A DNA stretch of 64,000 nt from Ignavibacteria bacterium (lineage in GTDB: Bacteria > Bacteroidota > Ignavibacteria > Tepidaquicellales > Tepidaquicellaceae). Position 1 is the first letter of the stretch. Every line of letters begins with the position of its first letter. The translations under genes and the position numbers were made by a program. Below are positions 50,158 through 58,194 of this stretch, in pieces. The stretch lies in assembly GCA_036508135.1 (NCBI GenBank), contig DATCHW010000016.1, positions 2,500-66,499 on the forward strand. The letters run 5' to 3'. Below the pieces are notes generated by a model. It had not been told where the DNA came from, did no database searches, and saw only the letters and a program-made list of their open reading frames with translations.

Positions 50158-50194
50158 AGAAATATCTATCATCCGTAACCGGAAAAAAACTTTT

Positions 50195-50223
50195 CCCCTC
50201 CTTCAAGCGAATAACAGGAGGGG
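50195..50223 (-). terminator. Rho-independent terminator after the membrane-protein gene
   Basis: Minus strand: CCCCTCCT-N13-AGGAGGGG followed by aaaagTTTTTTT. Confidence 0.65.
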
Positions 50224-50248
50224 GAATACGATGACGCGACGAACGTTT

Positions 50249-50794
50249 TCAAAAAACTTTTACACCTTTACACAAAATAAATTGTAATATTGATATTATC
50301 AGAAGAATAATGTAAAAAAACATGAGAAATAATGAAAGTTTTATCATTTGTTTCGATACTGAAGGTTTCTTTAGTATAGATTTTCTAATCATTAAATCAA
50401 ATTTATTTGGCTCTTTAATAGAATCATCAATTTGAAGAAATGATTCAACATCCTTATTAATTGTATCATAATTTACAGAGAAGAAATTCATTCCACTACC
50501 TGAAGTAGAGTGTTTTTCAAATTCTGCAGTTTTCTTTTCCCATCTTGTTTGCCAAAACTTGCTACCCAAATTAACTTTATACCATAATCTTGATACAATA
50601 ATTCCAAACACTGATATAATTATTGAGAATATTATATTATTCTTCAAATTTAATAAAACACCAGTAGCAATAGCAGTACATAAAATTAAGAAATAATTAC
50701 TCCTTTGCCAGAACATTTTTATTTCAAAATTACGAGTTTCAATTGCTAAATTATAAAATTCTTTATTATTTATTGATTCATTTGTATAATCCAT
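50249..50794 (-). CDS. Three-TM membrane protein (hypothetical, possible effector)
   Basis: Likely start MDYTNES.. (181 aa); the long ORF extends to 50884. ..RNFEIKMFWQRSNYFLIL.. is followed by two TM helices, a soluble segment, and a C-terminal TM. Confidence 0.6.
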   Translation of the reverse strand: MDYTNESINNKEFYNLAIETRNFEIKMFWQRSNYFLILCTAIATGVLLNLKNNIIFSIIISVFGIIVSRLWYKVNLGSKFWQTRWEKKTAEFEKHSTSGSGMNFFSVNYDTINKDVESFLQIDDSIKEPNKFDLMIRKSILKKPSVSKQMIKLSLFLMFFYIILLIISILQFILCKGVKVF

Positions 50795-50937
50795 ATTTAA
50801 TATTTTAAATATAAAAAAAATATTTTCTCCTCTTTCCCAAAGTCCTCTTTGGGAATGAAAAGAAAGTTCTACTTTTAATTGCAAAAATAATTTAGATAAA
50901 CACTTTTCCTACAATTTACCAATTTTATTTTAAAAAA

Positions 50938-50972
50938 AGACTTCAAAACCTTTCGGGTTTGAAGTCTTTTTG
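50938..50972. terminator. Bidirectional rho-independent terminator
   Basis: AAAAAAAGACTTCAAAACC-tttc-GGGTTTGAAGTCTTTTT. Confidence 0.7.
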
Positions 50973-51215
50973 TTTATCGTTGGGGGAGGTTAATCCGAAC
51001 GAAATTAATTTCTTATTTAAAGAAAAAAAAGAAATTCTCTCATCCACAACAAACGCCTGTATCCAGGCTCGTGCGGTTTATCTTTGTAAACATGCTTCAG
51101 AAATTGTGCTCACCTCCTTCACCGCATCAGGAAACTCGCTCACCTTTTCCCGCTTCATCATCATCGGGTATGTAAACAGCATAACACTTCTGCTCTACTT
51201 CCGGAAGTATCAATA

Positions 51216-51590
51216 TTATCCCTTAAACTTATCCTCCACCTCCTTCACCGCATCAAGAAACTCGCTCATCTTCTCCATCGCCACACCTTTCCCGACATTC
51301 GAAACGCTCTTCACTTCCTGCTGACGTATTTTCCACAACGGATGGCTTTCTGTAGCGCGCTCTTCCTTATCCGCCACCCAGTAAAACAAATCACTCGGCA
51401 GGCACTTCAGAGCCACGCACAATTTCTCTATATGCCCGGGAGTTAGCCCAGCCATTTTCTCCGTCCCGAGTCTCGAAGCCACATTCCGCGAAAACCCTTT
51501 TCTCCTCAAAAAAGCATAAGGTTGAGTAATTCCTCTCAGCTTCATCAGATTTTTAATGTTATATTTCAGCATAAATCTCCTTTTCTGCAA
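51216..51590 (-). CDS. XRE-type helix-turn-helix DNA-binding protein
   Basis: The likely start is MLKYNIKNLMKLRGI.. at 51572. HTH ..LRRKGFSRNVASRL.. and ..IEKLCVALKCLPSDLFYW... Sits next to the 21-bp repeat array. Confidence 0.7.
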   Translation of the reverse strand: MQKRRFMLKYNIKNLMKLRGITQPYAFLRRKGFSRNVASRLGTEKMAGLTPGHIEKLCVALKCLPSDLFYWVADKEERATESHPLWKIRQQEVKSVSNVGKGVAMEKMSEFLDAVKEVEDKFKG

Positions 51591-51653
51591 ATATAATAAT
51601 TCATTTCCACTTAATTAACACATTTTTCGAAACATTATTTTACGCCGCCCCTT

Positions 51654-52072
51654 CTCAATTTTATACTTCCAAACTCAATTAAAATCCTTTTCCTCTCAAT
51701 TCAAACACTTATCGTGTCAATTTATACTCTTGCCAGGTCGATTTCCACCCTTGGACACTCAATTTATATGTCTAACTACTCAATTGATATGCATTGCCAC
51801 TCAATTAATATGCATTGCCACTTAATAAATATGTATAAACACTCTATTAATATGCATACCTACCCAATTGATATGCATAGACACTTAGTTTGTATGTCTA
51901 AACACTTAATAAATATGCATAAACACTCTATTAATATGCATACCTACTCAATTGATATGTATAGACACTTAATTTGTATGCTTAACCACTCAATTTGTAT
52001 TACCGGTGATTAGATTTCTTCATCTTCCAATCCAATTTCCACCCCCGCCAATTCAATTTCCACCCCCGCCTT
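51654..52072. repeat. Array of 20 contiguous 21-bp direct repeats (iteron/centromere-like)
   Basis: The CTCAATT-type core recurs at 51654, 51674, 51695, 51716 ... 52052, spaced exactly 21 bp after the first unit. The best units read CACTCAATTRATATGCATNNN. An 84-bp higher-order repeat spans 51819-51986. Confidence 0.95.
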
Positions 52073-52184
52073 TTCCCTAATAGTTGATTCAATCTGACCT
52101 CTAAAGGGCAGAGCCAGAAAGGGGATATCCCCTTTTATCAATACTTCTGACTCACTTGCGGCCAAACTTCCGCTGACTTTAAAG
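52066..52184 (-). pseudogene. PHA-granule-like gene fragment (both ends replaced)
   Basis: ORF 52010..52216 encodes ..FKVSGSLAASESEVLIKGDIPFLALPFRGQIESTIREKA, then runs into the repeat array. It shares its 5' breakpoint with the 54696..54860 copy. Confidence 0.7.
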
Positions 52185-52359
52185 CAGGATACAGAATACT
52201 CCTTGGGGAATTTCATCTAAACTACGAGCTTGTGGGTTACTTTTAATTTCATTCAAAAGCATATCCGCAAATTTCTTTGGAATTTATAACATTCAATTTT
52301 GTTCTTTCTTATGTTTTTAAAAAAATTAAATAATCCCACACGGTTTATTTTTGTTATTT

Positions 52360-52737
52360 TCACCAGACATAAGCGTCTCCTACTCTTCTAACTTCTGATG
52401 GTGCTCTGTTGTGAATTAACATTGCAGTACTTAATGCAACTAAATAGTTATAATACTTTTCAATTTGAGCTTCATTGAAATGATGAATACAATATCCGGT
52501 TAAATGAATCTTCAATCTTTCTTTATCAAACTCTTTTGCAATTCTACTAATTGCAATTGATTTTAAGAAGATAGCTCTTGCTGTGCCACAATCAATTTTG
52601 TTATTTAAAATACACAATAATTCTTTAGTTCCTGCATTAACGTCTTTTTCACCTTTTGGGAACATAGAATCAAACATTTTATCTAATCGTTCCTTTAATG
52701 GAATTTTTTTATGTCTAAGAAAACTTAAGAAGCCCAT
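52360..52737 (-). CDS. Hypothetical protein
   Basis: 125-aa ORF, no motif recognised. Confidence 0.45.
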   Translation of the reverse strand: MGFLSFLRHKKIPLKERLDKMFDSMFPKGEKDVNAGTKELLCILNNKIDCGTARAIFLKSIAISRIAKEFDKERLKIHLTGYCIHHFNEAQIEKYYNYLVALSTAMLIHNRAPSEVRRVGDAYVW

Positions 52738-52876
52738 AATTTGTACTTTATCATTTGCCTACTCTAAATCGGTTTTCGGCTTTCCCCGTTATTTTATTCC
52801 TCTCAACAGTTTGCTTATACGAACATTTTCAAAACACATACAATTTAAAAAATAATTAATAAGGTAAATTGTCATA

Positions 52877-54139
52877 TTAATCTTTCCAAAATGCATTCGA
52901 CATTAATTCTTGCTCTTCTTTTGAAATGTTATGTTTTTTTGCATAAGTATTCCAATTACTTACAACTTTTTTAATTATGTTAATAATTTCTTTTGCATTT
53001 TTAGAGTTAACCCTAAAAAATTCTGCGACTTCTAATGCTAATTGTAAATCAAGAGAATTATCATTATCAGAAATATTTAAATTTAAACCGGTTCCCATTG
53101 GATTTGGATTAACATCATAGGCAGGTGACAAAGTCCAACCAGCTTGAGTTAGAAAAAAACCGTGATTTCTTAGATGGTCATCTGTGTTTTTGACACAAAT
53201 ATTAAAGACAATTCTTCTCCATATCTCTTCAAGGTCAGTATTAGTATTACTTCCGTTTCTAATTAAGAATTCTGCTAATTCCAAATAACTAACACCATCT
53301 GCATGGTCTGTATATCCTAACATAGTCATTGCGGAAGCAAAATGTATTCTTTTTCCATTTTCTTCTCTATCAAATCTTTTTGTAAGATACGTATGATGAT
53401 TTACCGTAAACTTTTTAACCATTCCTTTTGCTACGTTTATTCCTGATTTGACTGCTAACTCATTTGTGATCATTTCCCATAAGCCTTTGTCAATATCATC
53501 TTTTGTACTTGGAAATTTAGCAATCCATAAATGTTTTTTTTCATCTATTACACTTGCTTTCGGTCTAGCACCCCCTAATGAAGAACCGGGAGCAATTAAT
53601 AAATTCAACCATTTCATATAATCTGGATCTTCACTTATATTTTCCTTTTCCAATTGTAAACTGGCAAACTCTAAATCTCTAATTTCAGCCCAAGGAGGAG
53701 TAGCCATTTTTTTGTTATCGTTTAAGAATGGTCCTTCATTATTTTCTTTAAATCTTAAAGCTCCCATTCTATGTCCGTCAAATACACCTAATAGATAATC
53801 AGTTTCTAACAGAGTTTTTTCGCTTCTCTTTTCTCGTTTTGCTAAAGCTGCTTCACGTCTTTTCATCAATACCCTTCCCCATCTATCAGGAGACGAATCT
53901 AAAAAAACTCCAAAATTCTCTTTTTCATCTCTCAAATATTGAGAGCCTCTATATAGCTGTAAATCCGGATCGAGTGTTTGAGCTATCCCTGATTTTAACC
54001 ATTTCTCGTCATATTCAAAAGAAAAAATTTCTTTACCTCTTGAAAGAACAACATTTAATATTCCCATCAGTTCTGGTCTTTCAAATTCTCTCCAATCAGC
54101 ATATACGTATAATTGTTTTTTACTTTCCTTATGTGCCAT
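52877..54139 (-). CDS. hipA: HipA-family serine/threonine kinase toxin
   Basis: 420 aa. N-terminal coupling domain (LYVYADW..GIL). Kinase motifs GGARPKASV and TDDHLRNHGF. Confidence 0.9.
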   Translation of the reverse strand: MAHKESKKQLYVYADWREFERPELMGILNVVLSRGKEIFSFEYDEKWLKSGIAQTLDPDLQLYRGSQYLRDEKENFGVFLDSSPDRWGRVLMKRREAALAKREKRSEKTLLETDYLLGVFDGHRMGALRFKENNEGPFLNDNKKMATPPWAEIRDLEFASLQLEKENISEDPDYMKWLNLLIAPGSSLGGARPKASVIDEKKHLWIAKFPSTKDDIDKGLWEMITNELAVKSGINVAKGMVKKFTVNHHTYLTKRFDREENGKRIHFASAMTMLGYTDHADGVSYLELAEFLIRNGSNTNTDLEEIWRRIVFNICVKNTDDHLRNHGFFLTQAGWTLSPAYDVNPNPMGTGLNLNISDNDNSLDLQLALEVAEFFRVNSKNAKEIINIIKKVVSNWNTYAKKHNISKEEQELMSNAFWKD

Positions 54140-54460
54140 TTATTTTGTTTTGATTTTAGGGGCTCTTTTCTTTTCTAATATTTTTGCGTCTTGAAGTTTT
54201 CGTCCAAGAATATCGTCTTTCGCAATATTTAATAGATCTTTTTCCAAACCCAATACAAAAATAACCTGTGCATATGCTCCCATTGAAACTCGAGGTGACC
54301 CTTTTTCAATTTGCCATAATGTAACTCTATTAACATCTGCTCTTTCTGCAACTTGAGTAGTGCTTAGTTTTCTTCGTAGTCTGGCAAGTTTTATATTTAT
54401 TCCCAAATCAGCCAAAATTTCTATGACTGAAGGGGATATTCCTGAATTTATTTCTTTCAT
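54140..54460 (-). CDS. XRE-family HTH antitoxin (HipB-like)
   Basis: 106 aa. ..LSTTQVAERADVNRVTLWQIEKG... Its stop abuts the hipA start. Confidence 0.8.
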   Translation of the reverse strand: MKEINSGISPSVIEILADLGINIKLARLRRKLSTTQVAERADVNRVTLWQIEKGSPRVSMGAYAQVIFVLGLEKDLLNIAKDDILGRKLQDAKILEKKRAPKIKTK

Positions 54461-54486
54461 AATGTTAATTTATATAAACAATAATA

Positions 54487-54510
54487 GTTGATTTGTTTAT
54501 TATAATCAAC
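54487..54510. promoter_or_regulatory. Candidate operator palindrome upstream of the HTH-hipA operon
   Basis: GTTGATT-N10-AATCAAC, 27 nt upstream of the HTH start codon. Confidence 0.3.
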
Positions 54511-54695
54511 ATTATAATTAATGCAATAAATATAAAAAAAATATATATTACTCCTTCTTTTATTAGTAAACAACCATTTTAAAATTATAATGTATAGTTT
54601 CAGAACTTAGTAGACCAATAAGGATGATTTAAAAAGAGATGAAATTCATTAAAATTAAACCAAGAAAAAAAGAGAAAAAATGAGCAGTCCCCCAC

Positions 54696-54860
54696 TCATT
54701 TCTTCAAAAGTATCTCCGCCTTTTCCCGAATTGTTGATTCAATGGTGCCGTTAAAAGGTGTAGCCAGCAAAGGGATATCCCCTTTTATCAATACGTAGTT
54801 GTTTTCTACTAATAGGCTCCAGCTGACTTTGAAACCTGATACAGCGAAATCGGCTTGCAT
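54696..54860 (-). pseudogene. PHA-granule-like gene, 5'-truncated variant copy
   Basis: Encodes ..SGFKVSWSLLVENNYVLIKGDIPLLATPFNGTIESTIREKAEILLKK* with a terminator hairpin aatgag-N10-ctcatt. Confidence 0.65.
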
Positions 54861-54990
54861 GAATTTATCATAATAATTTTCGAAGCATCGTGCGTCATTT
54901 ATTTGTATTATATTGGTATATTGAAATCAAATAAATCAAGAGAATTTATTTTCTAAAGTTTATGAGTTCATTTGAAAATTTTAACCATTT

Positions 54991-55323
54991 TCAAATTCCC
55001 ATGTTGGCCAGCATACTTGCAATTTTATTAACTTTATCAACTAACTTCGGATGTGATACTTCAAACTCTTTAACCGATGCATATAAACCGTCAATAGACA
55101 ATTTGAAAAGATTTGAATTTTTATGCTTTCGGGTCGCTTCGTGAGTGGAACGTTCCATAAAACCAACTATGCTTTCGGCATGCTCTGCTTTCGATTTAGC
55201 TAATTCTGAAATTTCTTTCTTAAGTTTCACAATTAAACTAAGAAGCTCAGATTTTTTTTCTTTGCTGAGAATATCATATGTGCGAATTTTCTCTTCGATA
55301 TTTTCAAGTGTATTCTTTTTCAT
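54991..55323 (-). CDS. DUF4404-like small helical protein
   Basis: 110 aa, coiled. The C-terminus ..HPKLVDKVNKIASMLANMGI is typical of DUF4404. Preceded by element E3. Confidence 0.5.
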   Translation of the reverse strand: MKKNTLENIEEKIRTYDILSKEKKSELLSLIVKLKKEISELAKSKAEHAESIVGFMERSTHEATRKHKNSNLFKLSIDGLYASVKEFEVSHPKLVDKVNKIASMLANMGI

Positions 55324-55357
55324 TTAATTTCTAATTTAAATTATTTACAAAATGAAT

Positions 55358-55432
55358 GTAATAATCCTTTGAGTGCGATCAGTGGATTATTTGTTTGGTG
55401 AAAATTACTAAGTTTGGAAATTAAAACAAATG
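55358..55432 (-). promoter_or_regulatory. Conserved promoter plus 5' hairpin element, copy E3
   Basis: Minus strand: TTTG-N19-TAATTTTC, then AATAATCC-N16-GGATTATT hairpin. Confidence 0.5.
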
Positions 55433-55534
55433 AATTATTCAAAGTTCAAAGTGTTGATTATATGTGAAATAGAATAAAAGTACAAATTTCTATTCTGTTC
55501 GGATTTATCAAAAAAATGAGCAATTTTGTAATGC

Positions 55535-55843
55535 TCATTTCTTCTGCAACAATTCCTCCGCCTTTTCCCTAATAGTTGATTCAATCTGACCTCTAAAGGG
55601 CAGAGCCAGAAAGGGAATATCCCCTTTTATCAATACTTCTGACTCACTTACGACCAAACTTCCGCTGACCTTGAAGCCTTTAATCTTGAATTTAAATTGT
55701 CCGGTGCTGCCCGACCAGGATTCTTCTAAATCACTGATTCGGTCTGAATGTTGGGCTTTTAAATCCGGAAGGAATTGTTGGATTCGGGTTAAAGCTTCTG
55801 TTTGAGTTAGTTCGTGTGGTACTTTTATTTCTAGTTTTGGCAT
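55535..55843 (-). CDS. Polyhydroxyalkanoic-acid-system (PHA_gran_rgn)-like small protein, the only intact copy
   Basis: 102 aa. MPKLEIKVPHELTQTEALTRIQQFL...W.G....F.F...G..V.G.L.V....V.I.G..PF...PF...IE..I fits the family pattern as I recall it. Confidence 0.6.
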   Translation of the reverse strand: MPKLEIKVPHELTQTEALTRIQQFLPDLKAQHSDRISDLEESWSGSTGQFKFKIKGFKVSGSLVVSESEVLIKGDIPFLALPFRGQIESTIREKAEELLQKK

Positions 55844-56460
55844 GATTTTATTTTATGATAGTTAGAGATAGTATTCTCTAATTTCAAAAACAATGTTAAA
55901 ATGATTATTAAATAACATACGCATTAAGTCATAAATAATTTAATCATGCGAGTAGCAGAACTATTGCAGTTACTTCATAATTAACGTAACCGTAGTACAA
56001 TTCTAATAAAGGTAACTTATTATGATAAAGGCATCAATACAAGACCGTAGTTCTATTGATAGTAATGCATCATAATATTGCAGGAAGGAAGGATCTTCAT
56101 GAATGATTCAACCAAAGAAACGAAAAAGTTATGTACAGTCTGTAAACAAACTATAAGACATAATTTGCTATTCAGAGATCTCAGAGGAAGCAATACCAGT
56201 AAGTAATAACAGTTAGTTTTAACCGTTAAGGAAGAAAGTAGATATTATTCAGGAAAGCCGTATAAGGAAAAACCGAGCGTACAATTTGATGAGGAGTCAA
56301 GAGAAACAGACTGCTACTACAGAAGTATAGCAACCTTGTCCCACTCTATAATATTATCGATAATCGGTATCAAGAAACGTATTAAAAAGAAAGCAGGTCT
56401 AAGCCTGCCTTCTTTATTAAAAAAATTCAGAGAAATAATTTACTATTAGTAAATTTGTCG

Positions 56461-57678
56461 TTATTTAATCAACGTCATTCTCTTTGTCTCGGTGTAATTT
56501 TCGGTTTCAAATCTATAAAAATATATTCCACTAGAATAATTACTTGCATTCCAAATAACTTCATAAACTCCCGGATTCATTTCTTCATTTATTAAGTACT
56601 CAAGCAACCTTCCGTTTATATCATAAATATTCAATTTGACATAACTTGATTTGGGAATCTCAAATTTTATGTTAGTCGATGGATTAAATGGATTGGGAAA
56701 GTTTTGATGTAGCATGAAATCTGAAGGAATTTTATTGTTACCGTTCGTTGTGAATGTCAAACCACCATCTGTAGTATTATAAATCTGTCCTACGTCTCCG
56801 ACAGCCCATCCAAGATTGAGATTGACAAAATATGCCGCACGAACCCAGCCGGTCAACGTACTAACTTGTACAATCCAATTACTACCACCATTCGTTGTTT
56901 TCATCACTATTCCGCCATCACCTGTGATGTAACCGGTTGTGTTGTCAATAAAATATGTGCAATATAAAGAACCTGTATATGGACTTGTCTGCGAAACCCA
57001 GCTGTTACCACCATCCGTTGTTTTCTTAATTAAGCCATTTGATCCAACACCATATCCCGTCGATTCACTCGGAAAATGTATGGAAAAAAACATAGTTGTT
57101 GTTCCGGTAACAACGGAATCCCAGTTTGTTCCTGCATTTGTTGTTTTCAGAATTTTTCCTCCTTGACCGCCTATCCAGCCCGTACTCGGATTGATAAAAA
57201 ATATGCTGTAAAGAAGTGTAGACCCGGCACCTGTTTGCGCTGTCCAGTTGTTTCCCGCATCCGTTGTTTTCATTATTTTCCCGCTGAGACCCACAAAATA
57301 TCCTATTGAATCACTCGTGAAATATATCGAATAATTGTTTGTTGAACCAAGGGTTTGTGTTGTCCAGTTTTCCCCCGCATTGGTCGTCTTTGAAAAATGA
57401 CCGGTTGCTCCTGCAATGTATCCGGTTGTCGGAGAAGTAAAGCATACACCATATAAATATTTTGTAGTAAAACTTATTTGAGTTGACCAGTTAACTCCTC
57501 CATTGGTTGTTTTAAGTATTGTCCCGCTTTGTCCGACTACCCAGCCGGTATTTTCATTTATAAATTTTACGGACCAGAGAATATTTGATGTTCCGCTTAA
57601 TTGTTGAGTCCATTGAGCATTTAAACCGGTTATAAATAAAAAAAGAGTAATAACGGATAATACGATTAGCTTTTTCAT
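56461..57678 (-). CDS. BNR/Ycf48-like beta-propeller protein with T9SS C-terminal sorting domain
   Basis: 405 aa with a signal peptide. Repeats ..KTT(N/D)(A/G)G.NW... C-terminus LHQNFPNPFNPSTNIKFEIP..YFYRF. Confidence 0.85.
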   Translation of the reverse strand: MKKLIVLSVITLFLFITGLNAQWTQQLSGTSNILWSVKFINENTGWVVGQSGTILKTTNGGVNWSTQISFTTKYLYGVCFTSPTTGYIAGATGHFSKTTNAGENWTTQTLGSTNNYSIYFTSDSIGYFVGLSGKIMKTTDAGNNWTAQTGAGSTLLYSIFFINPSTGWIGGQGGKILKTTNAGTNWDSVVTGTTTMFFSIHFPSESTGYGVGSNGLIKKTTDGGNSWVSQTSPYTGSLYCTYFIDNTTGYITGDGGIVMKTTNGGSNWIVQVSTLTGWVRAAYFVNLNLGWAVGDVGQIYNTTDGGLTFTTNGNNKIPSDFMLHQNFPNPFNPSTNIKFEIPKSSYVKLNIYDINGRLLEYLINEEMNPGVYEVIWNASNYSSGIYFYRFETENYTETKRMTLIK

Positions 57679-57874
57679 AATGTTATTTTTTTAAAAATGT
57701 TAAAAAACATAAAAGAAACGATTCAATTGTCTAAAATATAAATTGTTTATATTTTTGAGTTGTTGGAAATGTTTTACCTTTTCCTGTACAACATTACCGC
57801 TTTCCTTTTGTAAAATCAATTCTAAAAACAAATATTATTTCAAAAATCAACAGAGAAAATTTCTGATGAACGGC

Positions 57875-58020
57875 ATTGTCCGGTGCTTCCGGACCAGGAT
57901 TCTTCTAAATCACTGATTCGGTCTGAATGTTGGACTTTTAAATCCGGAAGGAATTGTTGGATTCGGGTTAAAGCTTCTGTTTGAATTAGTTTGTGTGGTA
58001 TTTTTATTTCGAGTTTTGGT
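57875..58020 (-). pseudogene. PHA-granule-like gene, 5' half only, start codon lost
   Basis: Encodes PKLEIKIPHKLIQTEALTRIQQFLPDLKVQHSDRISDLEESWSGSTGQ, then unrelated sequence. Homology begins at ATTGTCCGG (57875-57883). Confidence 0.7.
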
Positions 58021-58194
58021 TTATTGGTGATTTTGATTGCAATGGTTTTTCTGCATATGTTAGAGAATTGAAATATTCTGAGAACCGGAATGAATCTAGC
58101 AAATATTTATTAACAAAAATATTTAATAAAACACTCCAATCATTTTGTTGATTGGAGTGTAGTCAAAAATATCTGAAAATATATTATGTTGTTA

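Noticed and set aside
50959-51324. 121-aa plus-strand ORF
   Set aside because: It overlaps the terminator and the HTH gene in antisense. Its internal repeat (TSFTAS.NSL) only reflects the duplicated 3' end of the HTH gene.
51714-52013. 99-aa His/Met-rich ORF (..HSINMHTYPIDMH..) on the plus strand
   Set aside because: It is simply the 21-bp repeat array translated in one frame (7-aa periodicity). It has no independent coding signal.
51654-52072. Possible CRISPR array
   Set aside because: The units are contiguous with no unique spacers, the period is only 21 bp, and no cas genes are present. It is a tandem repeat, not a CRISPR array.
56030-56420. Possible mobile-element relic (short ORF MNDSTKETKKLCTVCKQTIRHN..; peptide GKPYKEKPSVQFDEESRE..)
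   Set aside because: There are only short broken reading frames, no transposase or RT motif I can verify, and no terminal repeats. Memory-based resemblance is too vague to report.
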